Below the pieces are notes generated by a model that was not told where the DNA came from, made no database searches, and saw only the letters and a program-made list of their open reading frames with translations. From Octopus sinensis (lineage: Eukaryota): a DNA stretch of 40,661 bases. The DNA is taken from positions 1-40,661 of the forward strand of contig NW_021835396.1 in assembly GCF_006345805.1 (NCBI RefSeq), read 5' to 3'. Positions 1 to 11,780 of this stretch are shown piece by piece. Positions within the stretch are counted from its first letter, which is position 1, and each line of letters begins with the position of its first letter. The position numbers were made by a program, and so were the translations under genes.

Positions 1-614
1 AGGGGTAAGATGATTACATTAAACCCAGTGTGCAACTGGTACTTATTTTATCGACCCTGAAAGGTTGAAAGGCATAGTTAACCGCGGTGGAAATTGAATT
101 CAGAATGCGACGATGGATGAAATGCCACTAAGCATTTTTCCCTGCCTGCTAACCATTCTATCAGCTCATCTACTTAATAATTTTAATAAATGATATATAT
201 ATTTTCTACTCTAAGCACAAGGCTCGAAATTTTTGGGGAGTGGGCCAGTCAATTAGTTCAACCCCAGTACGTAACTGTACTGAGAGGATGAAAGGCAAAG
301 TTGAACACGGCGGTATTTGAACTCAGAACGTAAAGACAGACGAAATACAGTTAAGCATTTCGCACGGCGTCCAAACGTTTCTTATTTCTTTATTGCCCAC
401 AAGGGGTTAAACATAGAGGGGACAAACAAGGACAAACATAGGGATTAAGTCGATTAGATCGACCCCAGTACGCAACTGGTACTTAAATTATCAACTCTGA
501 AAGGATGAAAGGCAAAGGCGATCTTGCGGAATTTGAACTCAAAACGTAAAGACAGACGAATAACTGCTAAGCATTTCGCCCGGCGTGAAAACGTTTCTGC
601 CTGCTCGCCGCCTT
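1..614 (-). mobile_element. Three tandem/partial copies of tRNA-derived SINE family B
   Basis: Three recurrences (about 1-172, 230-383, 384-614) of the reverse complement of GGCGGCGAGCTGGCAGAAACGTT...GAGTTCAAATTCCGCC...CCTTTCATCCTTTC...GGGTCGAT, which also occurs at 10629-11780 and 18300-18673. The head has A-box and B-box-like motifs. Confidence 0.85.
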
Positions 615-659
615 AATAAATTATATATATTATTATATATTAGATGTAGTTCTATCCTA

Positions 660-748
660 TTGCGTGGAATCTTGGGCAAGTGCCTTCTACTATAACCTCG
701 GGCTAATCCAAAACTTTGTGAGCGGATCTGGTGGACAGAAACTGAAAC
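660..748 (+). mobile_element. Head fragment of SINE family A (CORE-type)
   Basis: TGCGTGGAATCTTGGGCAAGTG...GAAACTGAAA matches the full copy at 1693-2116. Confidence 0.75.
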
Positions 749-757
749 CGAGTATAC

Positions 758-980
758 ATGTGGAGACAGCCAAAAGAAGTATTTGACCCAGACTACCTTC
801 TTCCAACTGTTAAACATGGAGGAGGATCTGTGATGATCAGAAGGGCGGTTACATCTTGGAAATCCACAGGCCCAATGGTTTCCCTTCATGCCAGAATTAA
901 TAGTCAAGACTATTTAAGCATTTTATCTGATCAAATTCATCCTATTGTTGCGGAACTGTTTCCAACGGGAAGCGCAACCT
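758..980 (+). pseudogene. Tc1-like transposase fragment (catalytic domain region)
   Basis: Translation WRQPKEVFDPDYLLPTVKHGGGSVMI...INSQDYLSILSDQIHP contains the Tc1 hallmark TVKHGGGSVM and the downstream 'YxxIL' segment. Truncated at both ends. Confidence 0.85.
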
Positions 981-1692
981 TGTCATTTCGCCCGGCGTGC
1001 TGACGTTTCTGCCAGTTTGCTGTCTTTTAGTTTAGAATATTGATAAGAAATGTCATTTTAGATTTAGCATTTGAGCATCGCAGATGTTTACACTTCATTC
1101 TCCGCACCAGTACATTCTTGTGCCCTAGTAACCAATAAATATCATAACATATCGATCTTTAGTTTTAAATGCATTCTAGAAACACCTTGCTATTTATCAA
1201 ATTTTCTATTTGGGCAACGGCATGTAACCTTTATGATGGATTATACATTTTAGGAGTACATTGCAGGAAATGTACTTCAATAGGCTTCAGTTAACCGTAT
1301 GAGAAACCGTCGACATACTCATATCAAGTACTCATAGATAAATGATTCCACGCATTCATTAATTTAATTCCTAAAAAAAATAATATCTACTAACTTAAAT
1401 ACGGTTAATACTTTAGATAAGCTCTTAATCTCACGACATTTAGAAAAATGCAATGTGAAAAGTCAGAAGAAAAAGCCACCATATTTCTATAAATAACACA
1501 CAAGTAGAATGATTTATTATAGGACCGCAAATAAAATCTTTAATAGAAACACCTACCACATCAATGACTTACGAGCCAGCTGATTCAATCTGTAAAAGAA
1601 AAAGGAAAATGAGTTTTATTATCAGAAGGATTCACTTGATGCCAAATATATCAGAGAATCGTTTCAAGCTAAATTATATATGCACATATATA

Positions 1693-2116
1693 GGCGCAGG
1701 AGTGGCTGTGTGGTAAGTAGCTTGCTAACCAACCACATGGTTCCGGGTTCAGTCCCACTGCGTGGAATCTTGGGCAAGTGTGTTTTCTGCTATAGCCCCG
1801 GGCCGACCATGCCTTGTGAGTGGATTTGGTAGACGGAAACTGAAGAAGCCTGTCGTATATATGTATATATATATAATGTGTGTGTATAGGTGTTTGTGTG
1901 TCTGTGTTTGTCCCCCCCCCCAGCATTGCTTGACAACCGATGCTGGTGTGTTTTACGGTCCCCCGTCACTTAGCGGTTCGGCAAAAGAGACCGATAGAAT
2001 AAGTACTGGGGCTTACAGAATAAGTCCCGGGGTCGATTTTGCTCGACCAAAGCGGTGCTCCAGCATGGCCGCAGTCAAATGACTGAAACAAGTAAAAAGA
2101 GAGTAAAAGAGAGTAA
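1693..2116 (+). mobile_element. Full-length SINE family A (tRNA head, CORE-like segment, internal microsatellite, second module, GAGTAAAA tail); probably an octopus OR-type SINE
   Basis: Head GGCGCAGGAGTGGCTGTGTGGTAAG (A box) and GGTTCAGTCCC (B box), CORE-like CTTGGGCAAGTG, and a tail of GAGTAAAA repeats. More than ten copies occur in the window. The family name is from recall, not a search. Confidence 0.85.
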
Positions 2117-2740
2117 TTCCTAAAACAATTATAAATAGTATAAAGCAATTTGAAAGACACAATCTTAAATTTACCTATAAGTGCTTTAATAATAAAATAT
2201 CCCATAAAAATATCTGAATCATGGTATATAAATATCAACTCATGCCCATCCTATTAAACAAAAACAACTATATAGGGAAGAGTGTAACCCTGCAAGTGGC
2301 ATGAATGCGACGTAACACATAAAATTTAGATATGTTTAGCTCAATGAATGTCTACTCATGGATAATTCAAACCTGTTTTTTTTTCTATACAGCTATGAAA
2401 GCTGGACTGTTTAGTGAAATACATCTGGCTACCAAAATTATTTACATATACATATATCAAACAAAGATCCATCGAATGAGGTAAGACTTTTAAAAAAAAT
2501 TGCGAGAAGACGAAATCCTGTTATAGCACATAAATAGCTCGTGCAAAAAAACATCTACCTATCCTCTCATGATACGTATTCCATCACCAAATCAGCGCCT
2601 TTGGGGAAATGTAGACATTTAGAAAAATACCTGCTATACAATTATATGATACAATTTTTCTTTCATAAATATATTAACATATCTATAGTTACTATGAGTA
2701 TTCACATACACACACACACACATCATATATATACATATAT

Positions 2741-2794
<54 letters not shown>

Positions 2795-3088
2795 ATGGAA
2801 TTAAACGCAGGTGTTATTCAAATTCTATTGCTTCCGTGTTAATTGTTAACAAGGGAAAATACACTCATCTATTTATATATAATCCACATATAACATATAT
2901 ATTATATATATATATATAATAATAAATATTAGGGAATAAATCCAAATTTACAGGGAAAAATCAGATTTAGATTAAATCGATTTTATAGTAAATATTATAA
3001 AATTAATCGAGACAAAACCACTATTTTGCAAACAAACAAGGAAAGACTTAATTAATACATAAAATTTTAATAATAGTCAAAAAAACCG

Positions 3089-3131
3089 CCACTAAAATCG
3101 TTTCTTGTCTTGATCGACAATCTTCAGGTGG
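3089..3131 (-). ncRNA. Type I hammerhead ribozyme motif, slightly degenerate
   Basis: Minus strand reads CCAC CUGAAGA UUGUC gaucaa GACAA GAAAC gauu UUA GUGG. Stems I and II are perfect; the C15.2-G16.2 pair is lost (UUA instead of GUA). Confidence 0.7.
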
Positions 3132-3172
3132 ACTTCCAATAATTCAGTGTCAAATTATGGATTATTGGAAGT

Positions 3173-3214
3173 CCACCTGAAGATTGTCGATCAAGACAAG
3201 AAACGATTGAGTGG
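3173..3214 (+). ncRNA. Type I hammerhead ribozyme motif with 1-nt deletion at the cleavage triplet
   Basis: CCAC CUGAAGA UUGUC gaucaa GACAA GAAAC gauu G-A GUGG. U16.1 is missing relative to the intact copy at 40129-40171. Confidence 0.6.
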
Positions 3215-3298
3215 CGTTTTTTGACTATTTATTAAAATTTTATGTATTAATTAAGTCTTTCCTTGTTTGTTTTGCAAATAGTGGTTTTGTCTCGAATA

Positions 3299-3391
<93 letters not shown>

Positions 3392-3408
3392 AGTATATAT
3401 ATATTACA

Positions 3409-3965
3409 GGCGCAGGCGTGGATGTGTGCTGAGAAGCTTACTTCCCAAGCACATGTTTCCAGGTTCAGTCCTACCGCGTGGCATCTTGGACAAGTGTCTT
3501 CTATTATAGCCTTGGGCCGACCAAAGCCTTGTAAGTGGATTTGGCAGAAAGAAACTGAAAGAAGTCCGCTGTATATATATATATATGTGTGTGTGTGAGT
3601 GAGTGTGTGTGTGTGTGTATGTATGTATGTGTGTGTGTGTATATGTAAAAAACATATATTTGATGAAATGTATAGAAGCCTGGTGTTATATTGAGTCGTT
3701 GACTCGAATTTGATGTTTGCTTTCTAATCAATGTTATTTTTTAATCTCTGTCTCAATTTCATTTAAGCACTTCTTTTTGCAGTCTTATAAACTCTTTTGA
3801 CTCTATAAAAAGTGGCAAAAAGGAATCTTTGTCCTAGATGTATATATTTGTGTGTGTGTCTCTGTATTTTTTCTCTCTCCGTCGCTTCCCAACCGATGCT
3901 GGTGTGTTTAAGGTAGGGCTCCAGCATGGCTGAACTCATATGACTGAAACATGTAAAAGAAAAGA
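3409..3965 (+). mobile_element. SINE family A head (3409-3572) and diverged tail fragment (about 3850-3965)
   Basis: Similarity to 1693-2116. Confidence 0.75.
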
Positions 3966-4249
3966 ATTCTAAAAAATGTATGTATATTAATGCATACGTG
4001 CATACACACAGTCATACACACACATATATACACACACACATACATATAAGTATGTATATATACAGAAATATATACATGTATATGTAAATATACACTTTTC
4101 GGACTCACCGTCGAAGATGACGTGTGAATATTCAACTTTTGCCGAACAACTGCACAGAGGATTTGCTTAGAGTGATCCAATTTTGGTGGAGCACATTAGC
4201 ACAAACTCTCCATCAAATCGACCTTGTCTGAACAGATGCACTGTGTACC

Positions 4250-4364
4250 ACGTGTGAAGTGTCTTGCTTTGCTTAAGAACACAGCGCATCGCCCGGTCTG
4301 GGAATTGAAATCACGATCTGGCATTCTTGAGTACAACACCCTAACCACTATGCTATGCGCCCTC
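4250..4364 (-). mobile_element. tRNA/CORE-type SINE fragment (family D)
   Basis: Minus strand GAGGGCGCATAGCATAGTGGTTAGGG (A box)...GATTTCAATTCCC (B box)...GTGTTCTTAAGCAAAGCAAGACACTT (CORE-like). Confidence 0.65.
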
Positions 4365-4857
4365 AAACACACAAATACACACACACACACACACTTTATA
4401 ATAACTTTATACTTTGTAATTTTCTTCCCTTCCTTTGGATTTTTACTTTAAACTGTCCGCGGTTTTCATCTCGGGATTTCATAAACTGAATGCTTTTTAA
4501 TATTCCTTTGTATATATAAGAGCAATACTTCATTTATGCCATCGAAAGATTTAACGGAAACGGAAACAGGGAGAATTTCCAAATTCGTGTACTTCCTTTA
4601 ATTTTTACTAAATAAATGTATATGAGTTTATTGCATGTTCCTACACACACATACATAATTGCTCTCGTGTATTTTTCTCTCTCTCTCTTTCTCTCCTCTC
4701 TCACTATATATACATACATACATATATACATATGAATATACTCTTGTATATATATATATATATTTTAATAAATTTTCATTTCTTGTTTCATGGCACTCAC
4801 TTTTCAACATTTGTGTTTACTTTTACTTTCGTTATCCTCCCGTACATGTACTTTCAT

Positions 4858-4922
4858 ATCTATCTATATCTATATATCTAGCCATCTATCGTTCTATCTA
4901 TCTATCTATCTATCTATCTATA

Positions 4923-4973
<51 letters not shown>

Positions 4974-5035
4974 ATATATATATATATAATATATATATAA
5001 TATATATATAATTATATAATGTATATATACATACA
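4858..5035. repeat. (CTAT)n/(TA)n microsatellite
   Basis: Direct reading. Confidence 0.95.
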
Positions 5036-6015
5036 TATATATGTACATGCACATTGATATGGGTGTACGCTTGCATGCTTGTGCATGGCTATGTATGTGT
5101 GTATATCCTGCACACAACCTTTTCTACACAAAATTTTCCCTTCTTCTAAAGTAGTATCAACTAAACAGGAATTACATGATTATAAAGCGGGCTGCTAAAC
5201 CGCAAAAGCGTTCTAATCCTCAGATCCGTTGACGTTTTGAATCGTCGGTGTGAAATTCACGCAAAAGTTGAAGTAAAATATATATCCAGCTAAACAGAAA
5301 AGAAAAGGCAGGAAAAGGTATAACGGTTTTGCCAAAATTCTTTTACCTAGATTGATGTTTTACTTAAATGTAACACAAAATTTTAAAAGGTGAGAGAAAT
5401 AAATTACACATTAATGGCTTAATCAAATTGAATTGGTTTCTAACGTTAAATATAAGCCAAAGTTTAAATTTTTCTGTAAAGAAGTTTGCTTGTGAGCGTA
5501 AGTGTTAACGAAACTTCAAAAGCAGAAGAAGAAGAAGAAGAAGAAAGGGTTACAGCTAAAGAATATTTTTAGTGTGAAAATATTATTTTAAAATGTTTCA
5601 ACCATTTATAAACAAGTTAACTTCTTAAATTTACCAAAAAATAACAAAAACAAAAGAAGAAGAAAGCAGCAGCTTAAGAAAATTTCATTTGACATTGCAA
5701 GACTTTTAATCGTTAAAAATCTTTTGATTCAGTTAGACTTTTTGAAGCAATAGACGAACACATGAACTGTTTCATTTTCGTTACTGATGTTAGGGTTTCC
5801 ATTTGAAGAGATTAAGGCAGGTTTAGACGAATGTATTTCAAAATGTCATTCACAGAAATTTGTCAAGATTTCCTGTACTTTAAAACGTACTTTTTATATA
5901 ATTTCGACAAAAAAAAAAAAAAAAATCTTTTCACGTTCATATCTTTTTTTTTCTTCATTTCGTTTACTTTATATTTCCGCTTGCTAAGCATGCACGTAGA
6001 ATCACACACACATCA

Positions 6016-6059
<44 letters not shown>

Positions 6060-6290
6060 TATATATATGTAGTTAGATGGATAGATAGAGAGATAGATAG
6101 ATAGATACTCTCTTTAGAGTAACCCTGTTCATTATCAACTTATATCACATATAGGTGTGCTCACAAGTATATGGTCTTCCCAGAAATATCATGGAAATAC
6201 GTATGTATACTGACTCTCTTAGATACATACATATAAGCAGACTATTGTTTATACGTACACCTGCATACACTTTAAAACCGGTAAGAGTAG

Positions 6291-6353
<63 letters not shown>

Positions 6354-6614
6354 TATATATATATATTTAACAATTAAGATAACTTCTTAATAAGGAATCT
6401 TAACAAGAAATTATCAGTAGTTAGCGTGAAAAACCTCATAAGAGAAACATTCGAAATAATTTTTTTCTTTTGAACATATTAATTTATATTATATAGAGGG
6501 CATTCTTACACATAAATGCCTCACACTAAGAGGGACATAAGTCATTACTACCAAACATTTCACTAATCATACCCAATGCAGTTTTTCAAAGCAAGACATT
6601 TAAAAAATGAATTT

Positions 6615-6681
6615 AGTCCTATATCACCTGTGATTTCGCACTCACCACATAAAAAATGCGTCTGTGCTCATCGGTAGAACT
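6615..6681 (-). ncRNA. Type I hammerhead-like fold with CCGAUGA core variant
   Basis: AGUUCUA CCGAUGA GCAC...GUGC GAAA UCAC ag GUGA UA UAGGACU. Stem I has 7 bp including one GU pair, stem II has 4 bp plus a distal helix, stem III has 5 bp, and the cleavage triplet is AUA. Confidence 0.7.
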
Positions 6682-7210
6682 GATTCTGAACACATCATAA
6701 ATAAACGACCAACACTGTCGAAGCCGAACGGGCAACTTCTCTCTCCAACGAAGCACATGGAGATGTTTATAAATCATATATTCGGTAAATGGCGGCTTTT
6801 ACGAACTGCATTTCGGGTAGGAAAAGTTTTTTCGGAATAAATTTAACAATTAAGGATAACTTCTTAATAAGGAATCTTAACAAGAAATTATCAGGTAGTT
6901 AGCGTGAAAAACCTCATAAGAGAAAAAATTCGAAAATAATTTTTTTCTTTTGAACATATTAATTTATATTATATAGAGGGCATTATTACACATAAATGCC
7001 TCACACTAAGAGGGACATAAGTCATTACTACCAAAAATTTCACTAATCATACCCAATGCAGTTTTTCAAAGCAAGACATTTGCAGTTCGTAAAAGCCCGC
7101 CATTTACCGAATATATGATTTATAAACATCTCCATGTGCTTCGTTGGAGAGAGCAGTTGCCTGTTCGGCTTCGACAGTGTTGGTCGTTTATTTATGATGT
7201 GTTCAGAATC

Positions 7211-7277
7211 AGTTCTACCGATGAGCACAGACGCATTTTTTATGTGGTGAGTGCGAAATCAAAGGTGATATAGGACT
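7211..7277 (+). ncRNA. Type I hammerhead-like fold with CCGAUGA core variant
   Basis: Inverted copy of 6615-6681. Stem III has 4 bp with an AAGG loop. Predicted cleavage after A7270. Confidence 0.7.
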
Positions 7278-7492
7278 AAATTCATTTTTTAAATGTCTTG
7301 CTTTGAAAAACTGCATTGGGTATGATTAGTGAAATTTTTGGTAGTAATGACTTATGTCCCTCTTAGTGTGAGGCATTTATGTGTAATAATGCCCTCTATA
7401 TAATATATATATATATATATATTATATATATAATTGTTGTATTTCGGAATGGTCATTTTGCCAGTTTAGCCAATAAATATATAAACGTAAAG

Positions 7493-7580
<88 letters not shown>

Positions 7581-7694
7581 TATATATATAGGTTTATATA
7601 TAAACATACATGCATATACATACATATATACGTATATGTGTGAGTATAATATATGTGATATGAATATATATATATGTCTGTATATATATGTATA

Positions 7695-7734
<40 letters not shown>

Positions 7735-8222
7735 GTCACTCTTTACCCTAAAAAATATTTGCATGTAAAGTGCCTATGTATGTGTGTGTGTGTGCACGCG
7801 CGCATGTATATGTATATGTTTATGCAAACACACATCCATATAGCAACTCAACGGTCCTACTAAATTCCATATCCAAAATTTCAGTTAAGTGTAAACATAA
7901 GGGCAAATTTCTTTTGTTGAACTGGAAGACACAACCCTCTTCGGATTAAGCATACAGTCTCACAGACTTTGTGTTCTTCCCCATTCAGTTAATTTATGGC
8001 AACCATATTATTTCTCATCTGAACGGACATACAGACGTAATTCTTGATTTTCTTGTTTTCCATTTTCACCTTTACTTCCCTCTTCCCTTGTCTCGTACTT
8101 TATCAAAGACCAGCGTCCTTACTCGTTTCTTGGATTTGGGCTTTTCAAAGACCAGCCATATTGTAAATTGAACCTGAGAAATTTTTGGGAAACAAGATTT
8201 CATATATAAGCCTGCCATTAAA

Positions 8223-8593
8223 TCTGTATATATAAAGCTGAAGTTGTCTGTGTATGGCAGGTTTGGTAGCCTTCAACTAACACTATCTCCTCCGAAACCC
8301 TGCAGCGCAAGTTGACCAAAATTGATTGTATGATAGAAGAAGGCTTGAAAAAATTCAAATCGGACCATGTTAACACAACAAATTATTTACATCAAAAAGG
8401 TGCTTTTTTTCTATGAAAATCCCTATTTTTTACGATTTTTGACTGCTGTGTCGCCATTTTTCGGTGTATTTCAACCAGAAAAATGTTCACTTAAAGAGAC
8501 TAACAAGCTACATAATGCAAAATATTTACTTTTCAAGAATTCCAATTCTAAAGGTTCGAAACAAACCCGAGCAATGCCAGGCGATGCTGCTAG
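8223..8593 (+). mobile_element. Non-autonomous Helitron-like element
   Basis: Starts A|TCTGTATATATAAA and ends with GC-rich ACCCGAGCAATGCCAGG followed by CTAG|T, giving an A-T target with no TSD. The 3' end resembles 27150-27176 and 39505-39535. Confidence 0.75.
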
Positions 8594-9105
8594 TAGTGTA
8601 TATTACACCAAATTTATCATTCACAGGATGGAGTATCTTTTTTGTTTATCCACCCAATACAGGTGTATCTAATTTTCAAACTGCGTATGTGTGTGTTTTT
8701 ATATATCTGAAGGAATATAGATAATATTTATATATACGGAAGCGCATATGGACAGAAATGTATATATTTCTGTCCGTGTGTGTCCGCCCAGATACCTATC
8801 TACGAATAGGATTCTTTGTCTATCTTTGTCTCTTAAATCTCTCTTTCTGTCTCCCTCTCACAACTTATTTGTGCATAAGTGAGTGTGTGTCTTTACGTAT
8901 TCTATGTAAACATATACATATACAAATAAATGTATAAATACATATGATCATCTAAATCTGTACCTCTAAATATATAAACACACACATATAATACACACAC
9001 AGACTCACACTCACCCATCCGCACACATACACAGACGTATTAATGTGTTGGCATATTGTATATGTTTTAATGTCTCTGTCTGTGTTTGGGCGTGGGTGAA
9101 TCCAC

Positions 9106-9136
<31 letters not shown>

Positions 9137-9421
9137 CATATACACACACTAACATATAGGCACTAAAATAAACATACGCCCACAGAGATCTATAAATTTA
9201 CGCAATCAGAATACGTCTCACATCGCTGGACTCTGTGTAGTCAATCGGTGCACCAGTGATTGTAAACTGTTTATTCCACGTCAAAGTCACTTCAAAAAAC
9301 AGTAAATTTTGTGAGAGCAATGTTTTCACTGGAATCAAATAGTCTAAATCAAAGTACTTGTATAAGCGAGTGTATGTGTGTATTTATATGTATGGGTATA
9401 TATATATATATATAATATATA

Positions 9422-9469
<48 letters not shown>

Positions 9470-9937
9470 GCGATGTGTATATAGAGATGTAGATATATAA
9501 TAACTGTGCTGATATGTAACCAAACCCAATGTATTTAAAGTGAGTAAAAGGCACTAAGTATGTTCGAATTACTGATATAACTGTTATTTAGTTATTTAGT
9601 ATATTTTTGGTATTTACAACATCTAAAGAATATAGAGTCAAATGCGCTGTTGAGATGTACGACTTTTGGTCATTTGCAATTTTGAAATAATATCAATGTT
9701 GTTATTCACCAACATTTTCAGGCAGTAAATTTTAATGGCCTAAAATATTTCGAGTATGTGTAAAATATTTATATCTGGCTTTTGTCTTCTAGCTTTTATT
9801 TCATAAATTTATTTATTGCTGCGTTGGAGTATACATGTAGCGCACTCCAGATCCTTTAAACGAATTTTATTTCGTGAACTACCAGTTGGCTCTCTGGCAC
9901 GTGGGAGATCAGAGAAGAGAAACGCTAAACTCTTTTA

Positions 9938-10373
9938 CACTTTTGCTCTTTTACTTGTTGCAGTCGGGTGACTGTGGCCATGATGGAGCATCGCCTTTAG
10001 TCGAGCAAATCGACCCTAGGACTTATTCTTTGTAAGCCTAGTACTTATTCTATCGGTCTCTTTGCCGAACCGCTAAGTTAGGGGACGTAAACACACCAGC
10101 ATCGGTTGTCAAGCGATGTTGGCGATACAAATACAAACACACAAACACAAAAACACACACACATGCACACATACATACACATATATACGTATATATATAT
10201 ATACATACATGCATACATATTTATATACGGCGGGCTTCTTTCAATTTCCATCTACTAAATCCACTCACAAGACTTTGGTCGTCCCGAGGCTATAGTAGAA
10301 AACACTTACCCAAGGTGCCACGCAGTGGGACTGAACCCGGAACCATATGGTTGGTAAGCAAGCTACTCACCAT
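9938..10373 (-). mobile_element. SINE family A, near full length
   Basis: Reverse complement of 1693-2116 with an internal CA/TA microsatellite. Confidence 0.85.
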
Positions 10374-10628
10374 AAATCCTGTGAAAGTGAAACTCATCGC
10401 AGTCGACTTGGGGACGTTTCGCTCATGATCGCACACTGTGGTTTGGTGCTGTATGCTCAGGAGTAGAGCAGTCAGAATCAGTTAAAATCAGAGAAGATAA
10501 ATAAATGAATGATATTTGGAAAGAAAGTGGTGCTCCAGAACACGAATTTTTTCCCCCACGTGAGTTCTGGATCCCAGTTATGAACTCATTTTCATACAGC
10601 CAATCAGAGCTCAACTATCAAAAACTAA

Positions 10629-11065
10629 GGCGGCGAACTGGCAGAATCGTTAGCACACCGGGCGAAATGCGTGGCGGTATTCCGTCTGCCGTTACGTTCT
10701 GAGTTCAAATTCCGCCGAGGTCGACTTTGCCTTTCATCCTTTCGGGGTCGATAAATTAAATACCAGTTGCGCACTGGGGTCGATGTAATCGACTTAATCC
10801 GTTTGTCTGTCCTTGTTTGTCCTCTCTGTTTAAGGGCGGCGAGCTGGCAGAAACGTTAGCACGCCGGGCGAAATGTGTAGTCGTATTTCGTCTGCCGTTA
10901 CGTTCTGTGTTCAAATTCCGCCGAGGTCAACTTTACCTTTCATCCTTTCGGGGTCGATAAATTAAGTACCAGTTACGCACTGGGGTCGATGTAATTGACT
11001 TAAACCCTTTGTCTGTCCCTGTTTGTCCCCTCTGTGTTTAGCCCCTTGTGGGTAGTAAAGAAATA
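10629..11065 (+). mobile_element. Dimeric SINE family B insertion with 13-bp TSD
   Basis: Two head-to-tail units (10629-10833 and 10834-11065) flanked by TATCAAAAACTAA at 10616-10628 and 11066-11078. Confidence 0.85.
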
Positions 11066-11176
11066 TATCAAAAACTAATTTATGAATGCATAACAAGTGA
11101 TGGGTGATAACATAAGGTCACTTGTGTAAGGAATGACCAATCTTCTTTTCTCATTTAATAATGCTTCTTGATAAAA

Positions 11177-11780
11177 GCGGCGAGCTGCAGAAACGACAGC
11201 ACGTCAGGCGAAATACTTAACGATATTTCATCTGCCGTTACGTTCTGAATTCAAATTCCGCCGAGGTCGACTTTGCCTTTCGTCCTTTCGGGGTCGATTA
11301 AATAAGTACCAGTTATGCACTGGAGTCAATGTAATCGACTTAATCCATTTGTTTGTCCATGTTTGTCCTTTCTGTGTTTAGCCCCTTGTGGATAGTAAAG
11401 AAATAGGTATTTCGTCTGCCGCTACGTTCTGAGTTCAAATTCCGCCGAGGTTGACTTTGCCTTTCATCTTTTCGGGGTCGATAATTTAAATACCTATTTC
11501 TTTACTACCCACAAGGGGCTAAACACAGAGAGGACAAACAAGGACAACAAACGGATTAAGTCGATAATATTTCGACCCCAGTGCGTAACTGGTACTTAAT
11601 TTATCGACCCCGAAAGGATGAAAGGCAAAGTCGACCTCGGCGGAATTTGAACTCAGAACGTAACGGCAGACGAAATACGGCTACGCATTTCGCCCGGCGT
11701 GCTAACGTTTCTGCCAGCTCGCCGATAATTTAAATACCAGTTGGATACTGGGGTCGATCTAATCGACTGGCCCCCTCCAT
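11177..11780. mobile_element. Nested SINE family B cluster; minus-strand copy (11495-11724) inserted into a plus-strand multimer
   Basis: Direct repeat ATAATTTAAATACC at 11481-11494 and 11725-11738 flanks the inverted copy, and the host SINE sequence resumes after it. Confidence 0.85.

Larger units (their letters stand above)
2918..3300. mobile_element. Foldback non-autonomous element carrying two hammerhead motifs (family H1, copy 1)
   Basis: Inverted arms at about 3002-3143 and 3161-3300 with a short loop, plus a single-copy extension at 2918-3001. Flanked by (TA)n. Homologous in reverse orientation to 40041-40468. Confidence 0.85.
6366..7405. mobile_element. Compound tandem-plus-inverted repeat (A-B-spacer-A-B'-A'), hammerhead-bearing family H2
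   Basis: A1 6366-6600, B1 6601-6810, 31-nt spacer, A2 6842-7080, reverse complement of B 7081-7291, reverse complement of part of A 7292-7405. Near-identical copies. Both ends lie in (TA)n. Confidence 0.9.

Noticed and set aside
1693-1765. tRNA-like heads of SINEs as tRNA genes
   Set aside because: They do not form a full cloverleaf and continue into SINE bodies.
7043-7228. ORF MLIGRTDSEHIINKRPTLSK with faint resemblance to a Penelope GIY-YIG C-terminus
   Set aside because: It lies antisense to the hammerhead and the resemblance is too weak to call. An HMM search would be needed.
10629-11780. Repeated units as a CRISPR array
   Set aside because: Eukaryotic context, units of about 200 bp, no unique spacers and no cas genes.
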